Shown here: one piece after another, positions 1 through 8,951 of the stretch
Layout of the letters: each line of letters opens with the position of its first letter
How positions within the stretch are numbered: position 1 is the stretch's first letter
NCBI GenBank assembly: GCA_964344985.1
Contig: CAYFPI010000002.1
Location: 5,739 to 69,738 of the forward strand
Direction: 5' to 3'
DNA length: 64,000 nt
Source: an uncultured Candidatus Thioglobus sp.
GTDB taxonomy: Bacteria; Pseudomonadota; Gammaproteobacteria; PS1; Pseudothioglobaceae
Notes under the pieces: model-generated
What the model was told of the DNA's origin: nothing
What the model saw: only the letters and a program-made list of their open reading frames with translations
The model's database searches: none
Made by a program: the position numbers and the translations under genes

Positions 1-759
1 ATCTAGTTCTGGATGAAGTGCCACTGCTTCATTGGCTGGCAAAGTCCACGGCGTGGTTGTCCAGATAACCACCGACACAGATTTATCAACATTAAACACC
101 GAATCATCGACAATTCTGAATTTAACATCAATGGCTTCAGATTGCTTGTCTTTGTACTCAACCTCAGCCTCTGCTAGTGCAGAGCCACACTCCGTACACC
201 AGTGAACAGGCTTATAGCCTTTAGAAACATGGTTGTTTTTAACAATTTCACCCAGTGCGCGAACAATATCAGCTTCGTACTGAAAATCTTTAGTTAAGTA
301 CGGATTATCCCAATCGCCTAAAATTCCTAAACGCTGAAAGTCTTGTTTTTGTTTAGCCACTTGTGTATCTGCATACTTGCGACACTCTGCTCTGAATGAG
401 TTGGCATCAATCTTAACACCTACTTTGCCTTTTTTCTTCTCAACATTAAGCTCAATAGGCAAACCGTGACAATCCCAACCCGGAACATAAGGCGCATCAA
501 ATCCTGATAAGGATTTTGATTTAACAATAATATCTTTTAAGACCTTATTAACCGCATGACCAATATGAATATCGCCATTGGCATAAGGAGGGCCATCATG
601 AAGTGTGAATTTTGGCTTGCCTTGATTGTTTTTTCTAATTTGTGCGTACAAATCATCTGCTTGCCATTTTTGCAAAAAACCACCTTCGCGATTTGCAAGA
701 TTTGCTTTCATGGCAAATTTAGTGGCAGGTAGGTTTAAAGTAGGCTTGTAATCAGACAT
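1..759 (-). CDS. ileS: isoleucyl-tRNA synthetase, N-terminal part (the gene continues beyond the left window edge)
   Basis: Hand translation from ATG at 757-759 gives [33 protein letters not shown]...[19 protein letters not shown] (HIGH motif)...[11 protein letters not shown]. It is absent from the ORF track because it is open at the edge. Confidence 0.9.
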   Translation of the reverse strand, partial: MSDYKPTLNLPATKFAMKANLANREGGFLQKWQADDLYAQIRKNNQGKPKFTLHDGPPYANGDIHIGHAVNKVLKDIIVKSKSLSGFDAPYVPGWDCHGLPIELNVEKKKGKVGVKIDANSFRAECRKYADTQVAKQKQDFQRLGILGDWDNPYLTKDFQYEADIVRALGEIVKNNHVSKGYKPVHWCTECGSALAEAEVEYKDKQSEAIDVKFRIVDDSVFNVDKSVSVVIWTTTPWTLPANEAVALHPELD

Positions 760-855
760 TGACGCTTAATAAATTTATAAACTAAAAAAGCGTAATTATA
801 CGTGATGAGGCAACTTTTTTGAAAACGAAAAAGTTTGTTAATATGTAATATTAAG

Positions 856-969
856 CTACTTTTTAGATGAGAAGAAAAACTTTAAATAGATTGCTAATGC
901 CATAGAAGATAGCATGAAAAATATAGCACTCCAAAAAACACCATCAGTGTTTAATTCATTGATAGGCAC
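856..969 (-). CDS. unannotated 37-aa single-TM mini-protein (paralog of 1030..1152)
   Basis: Hand translation gives VPINELNTDGVFWSAIFFMLSSMALAIYLKFFFSSKK*. The GTG start lies 6 nt after GGGAGGA. It is below the ORF-track size cut-off. Confidence 0.45.
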   Translation of the reverse strand: MPINELNTDGVFWSAIFFMLSSMALAIYLKFFFSSKK

Positions 970-1029
970 AAAAAATCCTCCCGTTTGTTATTAACGAGAG
1001 AATATTATAAACTGTAATTGTATGGGGGT

Positions 1030-1152
1030 TTACTTGCTAAAACCTTTAAATCTTCTGCCTACTGTAAAGATAATAAAAGCTACGATAGCCAGTACCACCA
1101 TTGAAATGCTCATGTAAAAAACCACGTCATTATTTAGTTCATTCATAATCAT
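1030..1152 (-). CDS. unannotated 40-aa single-TM mini-protein
   Basis: Hand translation gives MIMNELNNDVVFYMSISMVVLAIVAFIIFTVGRRFKGFSK*. AGAGGG lies 8 nt before the ATG. It has the same architecture as 856..969: NELNxDxVF, one TM helix and a basic tail. Confidence 0.5.
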   Translation of the reverse strand: MIMNELNNDVVFYMSISMVVLAIVAFIIFTVGRRFKGFSK

Positions 1153-1247
1153 TATTACTACCCTCTCTTGTTTAATTAATAATGGGGGTATTCTATCAAG
1201 AGTATTAATTAAATTAATTGATCTAAGTCAAGAAAATATTAATTAAT

Positions 1248-1976
1248 TCAAAGGTTTACCGAATCTAGCAATAATTTAACCTGTCCAGGCTTTAGATAAT
1301 CATATTGATTGGCTTTTAAAGAATCGGGCAAGCGTATCTCACCAAAACGAATGCGAATCAGGCGTGAGACTTTAAAACCAAGCGCTTCCCACAGACGTCT
1401 AACTTCACGCTTTCTACCTTCTTTAAGAACAACTTTATACCAACGATTAGCACCCGTACCGCCACCAATGGTTACACGATTAAACTGCGCAAACCCGTCT
1501 TCTAATTCAACACCATCAGTTAGTTGTTTAATATCTTCATTTTCAACTTGACCAAGTACACGTACTGCATATTCTCTATCAATTTCAGAACTTGGGTGCA
1601 TGAGCTTATTAGCCAAATCGCCATTGTTAGTAAATAACAAGAGTCCAGAGGTATTTAAATCCAGTCTACCAACCATTACCCAGCGAGACTCTTTAGGTAG
1701 TAGATCATAAACACTCTTTCTACCCTCTTCATCTTTGTTGGAGCAAATAACACCTGCCTGCTTATTAAGAATAAGTACCTTTGTTTCTTCTTCTTGATAA
1801 CGCTCTAAGTCAATCTTTCTACCATCGATCTTTACTTTGTCGGTAATATCACACTTATCTCCGATATTAGCAACTTTGTTATTAACCTCAATACGGCCTT
1901 GTTCAATCAGTCTTTCAGCCCAACGCCTAGAGCCATAGCCCGCATTAGCAATTAATTTTTGTAATCTTTCTGGCAT
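1248..1976 (-). CDS. rluB: 23S rRNA pseudouridine synthase, RluB type
   Basis: 242 aa. It has an N-terminal S4 domain (LQKLIANAGYGSRR) and the catalytic GRLDLNTSGLLLFTNNG motif. It is colinear with E. coli RluB as I recall it. Confidence 0.85.
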   Translation of the reverse strand: MPERLQKLIANAGYGSRRWAERLIEQGRIEVNNKVANIGDKCDITDKVKIDGRKIDLERYQEEETKVLILNKQAGVICSNKDEEGRKSVYDLLPKESRWVMVGRLDLNTSGLLLFTNNGDLANKLMHPSSEIDREYAVRVLGQVENEDIKQLTDGVELEDGFAQFNRVTIGGGTGANRWYKVVLKEGRKREVRRLWEALGFKVSRLIRIRFGEIRLPDSLKANQYDYLKPGQVKLLLDSVNL

Positions 1977-1979
1977 AGA

Positions 1980-3179
1980 TTAATACACAATTCCCATGGC
2001 ATCACGAACCTCTGCCATCGTCTCTTTAGCAACACTACGTGCTTTTTCAGACCCTTCATGAATAATCTGCTTGATTAGTTCTGGATCGGATTGGTATTTA
2101 GCAATACGCTCTTGCATCGGCATAAGCTCTGCTTGCATGGCGTCAATCACTGGTTGTTTACAAGCCACACAACCCATCTTAGCATTTGTACAGCCATCTA
2201 CCACCCAATTACAAGTGTCTTCATCAGAATACACTTCATGCAATTGCCACACTGGGCATTTTTTAGGATCACCTGCATCTGTCAACTTAATGCGCGCAGG
2301 GTCTGTTGGCATGCGTTTAATCTTTTGATCAATCTCTTGTGCACTATCCCTCAAAGAAATCGTATTTCCATAAGATTTGCTCATTTTTTGCCCGTCAAGC
2401 CCCGGCATCTTAGATGCTTTGGTTAATAGCGACTCTGGCTCAGGCAGGATAATCTTGCTCACACCTTCAATATAGCCGAGCAACCTTTCACGATCAGATA
2501 AAGTGATATTTTGTTGTTCTTTTAACAACGCTTGAGCTTTAACCAAGGCCTCATCATCGCCCGTTTCTTGGTAAGCTTTTCTAAGCGATCTAAATAATTT
2601 AGCCTGTTTTTTGCCCATTTTCCCAGCTGCAGCTTCAGCCTTTTCTTCAAAATCAACTTCACGACCATAAATATGATTAAAGCGTCTTGCCACTTCACGA
2701 GTCAGCTCAACATGCGCTACTTGATCTTCACCCACAGGAACCAATCCTGCTTTATAAATCAAAATATCAGCACTTTGTAACAGTGGATATCCTAAAAATC
2801 CATAAGTGCCTAAGTCTTTAGTTTTTAACTTTAACTGCTGATCCTTGTAAGAAGGAACACGTTCTAACCAAGACAGTGGTGTGCTCATTGACAGCAATAA
2901 ATGCAACTCCGCATGCTCTGGTACTTTTGATTGTACAAAAACTGTTGATGTATTAGGATTAATGCCTGCTGCTAACCAATCAACCACCATCTCCATCACA
3001 TTGGCTTCAAGATCAATTTTGTCAGAATAGTGCGTGGTAAAGGCATGCCAATCTGCTACAAAAAAATAAGAATCATATTCATTTTGCAGATCTAGCCAAT
3101 TTTTTAAAACACCATGATAATGCCCTAAATGAAGACGACCTGTTGGTCGCATGCCTGATAAAACTCGATTGTCTTGCAT
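1980..3179 (-). CDS. trpS: tryptophanyl-tRNA synthetase, long form with a C-terminal Cys cluster
   Basis: 399 aa. It has class I motifs GHYHG and KMSKS, and C-x14-C-x6-C-x6-C-x2-C near the C-terminus. Confidence 0.95.
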   Translation of the reverse strand: MQDNRVLSGMRPTGRLHLGHYHGVLKNWLDLQNEYDSYFFVADWHAFTTHYSDKIDLEANVMEMVVDWLAAGINPNTSTVFVQSKVPEHAELHLLLSMSTPLSWLERVPSYKDQQLKLKTKDLGTYGFLGYPLLQSADILIYKAGLVPVGEDQVAHVELTREVARRFNHIYGREVDFEEKAEAAAGKMGKKQAKLFRSLRKAYQETGDDEALVKAQALLKEQQNITLSDRERLLGYIEGVSKIILPEPESLLTKASKMPGLDGQKMSKSYGNTISLRDSAQEIDQKIKRMPTDPARIKLTDAGDPKKCPVWQLHEVYSDEDTCNWVVDGCTNAKMGCVACKQPVIDAMQAELMPMQERIAKYQSDPELIKQIIHEGSEKARSVAKETMAEVRDAMGIVY

Positions 3180-3226
3180 AATGAATTAACTAAATTAAAT
3201 TAAGTGAATTATACCAAGGCTATGGC

Positions 3227-3904
3227 TTATACACTGTGTATTGGAGCATACTCAGCCAAACCCTCTAAGACCAAATTAGGCTCAAGCTCAAATGAGTGAT
3301 TAAGTCGAAGTGCAATTATTTTTACATCTCCACCTGTAAGTATAATTTTTACATCACCCAACTCTTTAAGGTGTTTCTCAATCTGAGTATTAATAACACT
3401 CATGAACATTTCAGAAGTTCCAAACTCCCAGGCTTGTTCAGTGTTATCAGCCAACTTATTTAAAGTTATTTGCCTAGAATCAGTAGAAAATTTATCAAAA
3501 CTTGCGCGCAGTTTAGATAATCCTGGCGCTATCAAACCACCTTGATGCTCACCACTTGCTAACACCAAATCAATCGTTAAAGCACTGCCGGCATCAACAA
3601 TAAGGATGTTTTGATCTGGATATTTTGAAACTGCACCAATCATGGCTAAAAATCGATCAACCCCAATAGAGTTTGGATTTTTATAGGCCGATTGAAAAGT
3701 GTTAAACTGCGCTTGGGACTCGATAAAAACCACATTGTCTAGGCCATCTAAAAGTGACTTATCACCCACGCAACTAACAAAAATCCTGTCAGATTTTGGT
3801 AGTAATTCAATTTTAAAATCAGAAATTAAGGCGCGATTATAACCATCGTTAAATCGCCATTTAACAGCCGTGTTACCAATGTCTATTAGTAGAATATTAT
3901 GCAA
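3227..3904 (-). CDS. coaX: type III pantothenate kinase
   Basis: 225 aa. LLIDIGNTAVKW is the phosphate-1 motif, and size and layout fit CoaX. Confidence 0.85.
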   Translation of the reverse strand: MHNILLIDIGNTAVKWRFNDGYNRALISDFKIELLPKSDRIFVSCVGDKSLLDGLDNVVFIESQAQFNTFQSAYKNPNSIGVDRFLAMIGAVSKYPDQNILIVDAGSALTIDLVLASGEHQGGLIAPGLSKLRASFDKFSTDSRQITLNKLADNTEQAWEFGTSEMFMSVINTQIEKHLKELGDVKIILTGGDVKIIALRLNHSFELEPNLVLEGLAEYAPIHSV

Positions 3905-5267
3905 ATGAAATACCGCTTATCCACATATGCGTTAAAACACTGGCTGCGTAACCCAAAGCAATCACCGGCATCCACTTAAGATGAGAGCTAAATGTATACA
4001 GGCCTTTTGACTGTCCCATAAGTGCCACACCTGCAGCAGACCCAACTGAAAGCAAACTACCACCAACGCCAGCTGTTAATGTTACTAACAACCACTGAGA
4101 TTGTGACATTTCAGGATTCATGGTCAGTACAGCAAACATAACCGGAATGTTATCAACAATCGCTGAGAGTACACCCACCAAAATATTAGCATAGGTTGCA
4201 CCTAAAGAAGCATACATGGCTTCAGAAGTTAGTGCTAAGTAACCCATAAACCCAAGTCCACCAACACTTAAAATAATACCAAAGAAGAACAACAACGTAT
4301 CCCACTCTGCACCAGCAACTTTTCTAAATACATCAAACCCCTCATGCTCTGACAATGACTCATTGCGACGAATGAAAAATGCAGCAATCATTAAATAGCT
4401 CAAACCAAGCATCATCCCCATAACCGGTGGCAAATGCAAGAATACATGAAAACTAACAGCGGTTACAATGGTAGCAATAAACAGCCCAACAATTGTTAAT
4501 CCGCCAAGTTTTATACTGGCTTGCGTTCTCATATTGGCAGTGGATTCATTTTTAATAGCAAAGTGCATAATACTTGCAGGCACCACAAAGTTAACCAAAG
4601 ATGGTACAAATAAAGCAAAAAACTCATTAAATTCTAACATGCCTTTTTGCCAAACCATTAGTGTTGTAATATCACCAAACGGACTGAATGCACCACCAGC
4701 ATTGGCAGCCACCACAATATTAACAAACGCAATGGAGACAAAACGAGGGCTACCAGCACCAACCACCAATACCACAGCACCCATAATAAGAGCTGTCGTT
4801 AAGTTATCAGCAATTGGGGAGATAAAAAATGCTAAAAATCCAGTCAGCCAAAATAGCTGCCTAAAAGTAAAACCTTTATTTAATAACCATACCTTTAGCG
4901 CTTCAAATACTTGTCTTTCACGCATGGCTTCAATGTATGTCATGGCAACCAATAAGAATAAAAACAGCTCAGCATATTCCAATAAATTATGACGAAGTGC
5001 AACTTCAGCCGCATGTGGCAGGCCGTGAGAAGTATATGCCCAACCAATTAATCCCCAAATAACACCGGCCGTTAAAATAACTGGCTTAGACTTTCTAAAA
5101 TTGGTAAATTCTTCTACCACAACCAACACATAGGCCAGCACAAACAGCCCAAGCGCCATATAGCCCACCCAATGAGTAGTTAAATCTAAAGATTCTTGCA
5201 CGTCAACCTGAGTTGATGCCAGTACAGAAATAGGTAAAAGCGCTAATAAAAACAGCAATCTAGTCAT
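3897..5267 (-). CDS. nhaD: Na+/H+ antiporter, NhaD/ArsB-type permease
   Basis: Polytopic membrane protein with the SAIVDNIPVMFAVL-type motif. I prefer the ATG at 5265-5267 (MTRLLFLLALLPISVLA), which overlaps the ygfZ stop by 8 nt. The longer track ORF starting at 5339 would run into ygfZ. Confidence 0.65.
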   Translation of the reverse strand: MTRLLFLLALLPISVLASTQVDVQESLDLTTHWVGYMALGLFVLAYVLVVVEEFTNFRKSKPVILTAGVIWGLIGWAYTSHGLPHAAEVALRHNLLEYAELFLFLLVAMTYIEAMRERQVFEALKVWLLNKGFTFRQLFWLTGFLAFFISPIADNLTTALIMGAVVLVVGAGSPRFVSIAFVNIVVAANAGGAFSPFGDITTLMVWQKGMLEFNEFFALFVPSLVNFVVPASIMHFAIKNESTANMRTQASIKLGGLTIVGLFIATIVTAVSFHVFLHLPPVMGMMLGLSYLMIAAFFIRRNESLSEHEGFDVFRKVAGAEWDTLLFFFGIILSVGGLGFMGYLALTSEAMYASLGATYANILVGVLSAIVDNIPVMFAVLTMNPEMSQSQWLLVTLTAGVGGSLLSVGSAAGVALMGQSKGLYTFSSHLKWMPVIALGYAASVLTHMWISGISFA

Positions 5268-6060
5268 TAATAATCCTTGAAAGTATTGGTCCGTTAGCAT
5301 TGCCGAGTCGAATTTCACTATCTTTAAATTCAACCTCAACAGTTGCCAGACATATTGATTTTGCGGCTAATTTTACACTACGAACAATCAAACCTGAGAC
5401 TTTAGATGATTTTGAGCCATTGACTATCAGCTCATCGCCCACTTTAATATCTTCGCTACTTTCAAACTGATACATTCTACGCTTTGCCTTGCCAAGATAA
5501 TGCAAGCGAGCAACCACTTCTTGTCCAGGATAGCACCCCTTGGTAAAACTCACACCAGTATCATCAACATCTAAATTCAGCATTTGTGGTACAAATTTTT
5601 CACTGGTTTCAAGCACAACTTCAGCCACGTTATTCTCAATACAGGCCATCTCCCAGTATTGACTATCAGACAGATCGATATTATCAATTGACTCAACCAA
5701 AGCAATTGATTGATGATCATTTAGTCGATAAGCATCATCAAAGGCTTCATCAATAATACCAAGCTGAATCATTTGATTACTCAAATCCTCAATCGTAACC
5801 TCGGACATTAGCTTAAACATTGTTAAGCGCTGTACTAATAAACTCTTTAAATCATTCGAGAAAGACAAATAATAATCATCGCCCTTTTTCATCACCCAGA
5901 TGAGTGCGATAATCTTGCCTTGATGCTGACAGTAAGCATTGATTTGTATAGCGCCACCTTCTAAAACATTAATATCATTAGAAAACTGCCCCTGCAAAAA
6001 CCCTTGAGTATCTTTTCCACGAAGCTTTAGTAAAGCCCGACTCGTAAGCCGTGTAATCAT
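5260..6060 (-). CDS. ygfZ: folate-binding tRNA-modification / Fe-S repair protein YgfZ
   Basis: 266 aa with the hallmark KGCYPGQE motif. Confidence 0.8.
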   Translation of the reverse strand: MITRLTSRALLKLRGKDTQGFLQGQFSNDINVLEGGAIQINAYCQHQGKIIALIWVMKKGDDYYLSFSNDLKSLLVQRLTMFKLMSEVTIEDLSNQMIQLGIIDEAFDDAYRLNDHQSIALVESIDNIDLSDSQYWEMACIENNVAEVVLETSEKFVPQMLNLDVDDTGVSFTKGCYPGQEVVARLHYLGKAKRRMYQFESSEDIKVGDELIVNGSKSSKVSGLIVRSVKLAAKSICLATVEVEFKDSEIRLGNANGPILSRIIND

Positions 6061-6111
6061 TTAATAAACCAAAATACAAAAACATTATTTTAAAGTTTTT
6101 TTAGTATCGAC

Positions 6112-6142
6112 TTACCTGAGCAGGCCTTGCCTGCTCAGGTAA
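6112..6142. repeat. REP-like perfect palindrome TTACCTGAGCAGGC-CTT-GCCTGCTCAGGTAA (left copy)
   Basis: 14-bp stem with a 3-nt loop, GC-rich in an AT-rich background. It ends 1 nt before the RAYT stop codon. Confidence 0.9.
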
Positions 6143-6808
6143 TTAAAACTCAAAATCGTCAATGGTTAAAGAATGACCTTTATTATCTGCAAAGGCAATA
6201 GAGGCTTGTTTTATATATGACTTATAAGCAGAAAACCCTCCAGATTCATCAATAATATTTTCAATTTCTGACGGATTACAAATACATACGCCCATCTCCT
6301 GATTCAAATATTCAAAAATACTTGACTTAACAAAATGTTTACTTGGATCTATTTTGTGATGCTTATGATTTAAATTTACATATGCCGATACGGTTGGCAG
6401 TGCATATTCACCTGATAAGTGTGTTGCTTTAAACTTGCCTTGAAACAAGGCGCCACTGCGTTTTTCTTCTTTATTGAAAAACATGGTATAGGATGTACCT
6501 AATCTTTGCATAAATTGCGAGATACCATTGTCAACTTGTTGTTTTAACAATAAATGGTAATGATTAGGCAATAAGCTGTATGCGATAACACTCACTAACT
6601 GATCACCTTCTCCACTAATGTCTTGATCTTTGTGTTTATTTCTCTGATTGTTAAAATATTTTGAACTATCTGTTGTATTTAATAACTGCAAGCGCTTAAA
6701 GAAAAAATCTTGTTGTGATTTATTGTTAAAAATAATTCGCTTATCTACACCACGGTTAAACACGTGATAGTACTCACCATTTACAAACGCTATATTTCTT
6801 ATACTCAT
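6143..6808 (-). CDS. REP-associated tyrosine transposase (IS200/IS605 TnpA-like Y1 transposase family)
   Basis: 221 aa. It has N-terminal YYHVFNRGVDKRIIF, the HUH motif LPNHYHLLLKQ, and a downstream Tyr helix SAYVNLNH. Confidence 0.8.
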   Translation of the reverse strand: MSIRNIAFVNGEYYHVFNRGVDKRIIFNNKSQQDFFFKRLQLLNTTDSSKYFNNQRNKHKDQDISGEGDQLVSVIAYSLLPNHYHLLLKQQVDNGISQFMQRLGTSYTMFFNKEEKRSGALFQGKFKATHLSGEYALPTVSAYVNLNHKHHKIDPSKHFVKSSIFEYLNQEMGVCICNPSEIENIIDESGGFSAYKSYIKQASIAFADNKGHSLTIDDFEF

Positions 6809-6818
6809 GAGTACTATG

Positions 6819-6849
6819 TTACCTGAGCAGGCCTTGCCTGCTCAGGTAA
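6819..6849. repeat. REP-like perfect palindrome (right copy, identical sequence and same loop orientation)
   Basis: This is the same 31-mer as 6112-6142. It starts 10 nt upstream of the RAYT start codon. Confidence 0.9.
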
Positions 6850-6855
6850 TGGGCG

Positions 6856-6885
6856 AAAAAAAACCCCCAACCGAAGTTGAGGGTT
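6856..6885 (-). terminator. intrinsic terminator of the porin-like gene
   Basis: The minus strand reads AACCCTCAAC-TTCG-GTTGGGGGTT followed by T8. Confidence 0.75.
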
Positions 6886-6929
6886 TTAGACTTAACTTAG
6901 AGTTAAGTTAACTGTTTTCTAAATAAGAT

Positions 6930-7748
6930 TTAGAATTTAACAGCTAGCTCAAGATCTAAACTGTCACCAGCGTCTGCATCAGTGTAAGTCGCTTCAAAAG
7001 TAGCGCCTGAAGCTAATGGACGGTTAACGATAACTTTTTGTGAATCAACGCCATCAACTTCGATTCCCTTGAATGTAACTGTGTTGCCAGCCATAGAAGT
7101 AGAGATACCTACTGCTGTCGCATCTTTAACACTGTTTGAATTAGTTACATAACCATCTGTAGCTGTACCTGTGTCTGAATCGATTTTAACGTATTTAACG
7201 CCGATACCGTTCATAGATGCTGAAGCAACGATTGCTGTATCTTGATTGCCGTTAGCAGCTTCTTCTTGGTTCCATGAAAGATCTACACCAGCAGCTGAAC
7301 CAGAAACCCATGTTTCAGTTGAATCGTCTTGCTTCATTTTGTGCTTGATAGAGACACCTGCAACTGTACCACCTAACGTTAAGTCGTGTGAAGAAGAAGT
7401 TGCTTCATATGTCGCTGTAATGCCACCCATAGTTGTGCTTAAGTTGTAACGTGCACTTGCAACTGAAGTTTTATCTAACTCAGATTTACCTGAACGGTAT
7501 GAACCAGCTTTAATCTTAACACCTTCAATTGAAGTTGTTAAGTATAGATCTTCAACCTTATCTTGGTCTAAAGAGAAGTTAGTAACTACAGAAGTGTCGC
7601 CAGACTTACCAACAACTTTAAGGTCTGCTTCGATTGCAGCGTTACCGTTAGTTACGTTAGCTTTTGTTGAACCAGTAATAGAAATATCAGCCATAGCAAC
7701 TGATGTCATAGTAGCTGCTACTGCAGCTGCGATTAATTGTTTTTTCAT
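6930..7748 (-). CDS. outer-membrane beta-barrel (porin-like) protein
   Basis: 272 aa. It has the signal peptide MKKQLIAAAVAATMTSVAMA, alternating Gly/Ser/Thr-rich amphipathic strands, and a terminal ...LELAVKF (C-terminal Phe). A strong terminator follows it. Confidence 0.6.
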   Translation of the reverse strand: MKKQLIAAAVAATMTSVAMADISITGSTKANVTNGNAAIEADLKVVGKSGDTSVVTNFSLDQDKVEDLYLTTSIEGVKIKAGSYRSGKSELDKTSVASARYNLSTTMGGITATYEATSSSHDLTLGGTVAGVSIKHKMKQDDSTETWVSGSAAGVDLSWNQEEAANGNQDTAIVASASMNGIGVKYVKIDSDTGTATDGYVTNSNSVKDATAVGISTSMAGNTVTFKGIEVDGVDSQKVIVNRPLASGATFEATYTDADAGDSLDLELAVKF

Positions 7749-7806
7749 TTTAGTCTCCTAAATTTTTTATGTTATGCCAGAATAATTTCTGACGTTTATT
7801 CTCTGC

Positions 7807-7995
7807 TTTTTTGCAAAGATAGTGCGTATTATAAGGATGTGATTTTAAAAGTCAACACTTTTTTGCAAAAAAAATACAAAAAAATGCAAATTTACTACAA
7901 ATATGGTGTTTTTACGGCTTAAAAATAGGCTTAAAAGCCTTATACAGCAAGGCTTTTACTATTTTTTAATAAAAAAACAACACTTTTGCAAAAAT
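7807..7995. promoter_or_regulatory. three TTTTGCAAA(A) palindromic boxes upstream of the porin-like gene
   Basis: 7807-7818 reads TTTTTTGCAAAG. 7853-7874 reads CAACACTTTTTTGCAAAAAAAA. 7978-7995 reads CAACACTTTTGCAAAAAT. The core TTTTGCAAAA is self-complementary. Confidence 0.35.
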
Positions 7996-8147
7996 ATAAC
8001 AAGCAACATACAACAGTCCTCCACCTAGGAGGGCAAATAATTAAAATAAACTCAAAACAGTGTTACAAGTGGGTTTTATTGCGTTATTTAATAGGTTTTG
8101 TTTGTCTTTCACTATACATATATATAAGGTGATAAATTTCAGACAAT

Positions 8148-8177
8148 AAAAATCCGAGAATAATCTCGGATTTTTTT
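8148..8177. terminator. hairpin terminator (ATCCGAGA-ATAA-TCTCGGAT) with A/T runs on both sides
   Basis: It lies downstream of the minus-strand gene 8296..8862, and a T-run is available on either strand. Confidence 0.65.
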
Positions 8178-8295
8178 ATTACTTACAGTTTTGTATTTTT
8201 GTTTAAATTCTAGGCAGATTATTTATCTTTGCGCCGGAGTGTGTAAACACACATGACAAGCTAAGCAGATAATCTAACAAAGAAGTTATCAAAAA

Positions 8296-8862
8296 TTAGA
8301 ATCTATGCGCAAGCATGGTAAGAAGCATTGGGATCGATAGTATCACATTGATCGACGATGCTAATGCCGCATTCTTCTTAGCGGTTGCAACTTCTTCAGC
8401 AGAAGCTTCTTTCATGCCAAGAATCTTTTGCTGGTTTGGCCAGATGATAAACCAAACATTAAATGCCATGATGGTTCCCATCCATGCACCTAGGCCAATT
8501 ACTTGCGCACCAGCTGCAAATGTAAATGCATTAACAATACCAATACCGTTTTGCTCAAGTAGTGACAAACCAATCAACCATGTCGTAGCTGCAGCCATAC
8601 GAAACCATAGTAGTGCACGCGGAGCAATGTACTTACCAATTGCTGCTGGACCTGGACCATCAGTATCAGCTAGCGCTTGACCCATGCCTGGTACTTGTAC
8701 AAAGTTAAAGTAGTATAAAAGACCGATCCATACAATACCTGCTAAAACGTGTAGCCATACTGTAATGGTGAATGTATTAGTAATGTCTAGTGCCAGCATA
8801 CTGATAATAGCAACAACAAAACCTAAAATAATTTTGCCGTTGATTGAGTTAATAAAATTCAT
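8296..8862 (-). CDS. integral membrane protein of unknown function
   Basis: 188 aa with about 5 TM segments. The WLHVLAGIVWIGLLYYFNF motif resembles the His-containing TM motif of the PuuD N-terminal / CopD-like families. That resemblance is a weak recollection. Confidence 0.45.
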   Translation of the reverse strand: MNFINSINGKIILGFVVAIISMLALDITNTFTITVWLHVLAGIVWIGLLYYFNFVQVPGMGQALADTDGPGPAAIGKYIAPRALLWFRMAAATTWLIGLSLLEQNGIGIVNAFTFAAGAQVIGLGAWMGTIMAFNVWFIIWPNQQKILGMKEASAEEVATAKKNAALASSINVILSIPMLLTMLAHRF

Positions 8863-8951
8863 TTCTCTCTCCGTTGTTGTAAAGTTGACTATTATAATAA
8901 GCTATTTAATTGATTTGAATCAATTTTTATCTTTTTTACTTGTATATATGT

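Larger units (their letters stand above)
6112..6849 (-). mobile_element. RAYT unit: Y1 (HUH) transposase-like gene bracketed by two identical REP-like palindromes
   Basis: The identical 31-mers at 6112-6142 and 6819-6849 tightly flank ORF 6143..6808. Confidence 0.75.

Noticed and set aside
5268-5339. N-terminal extensions of track ORFs (nhaD to 5339; likewise mutM 8940, GST 14497, glcD 27603, aminotransferase 27550, PPIase 29092, DUF302 33814, N/Y/G protein 34214, folE2 38925)
   Set aside because: The extensions overlap neighbouring genes or lack homology and signal-peptide logic. Internal ATGs give canonical N-termini and better spacing. The start calls remain unverified.
7737-7922. 61-aa plus-strand ORF in the porin upstream region
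   Set aside because: It is a low-complexity AT-rich translation (Lys/Tyr/Phe) with no RBS. The region is better explained as promoter and regulatory DNA.
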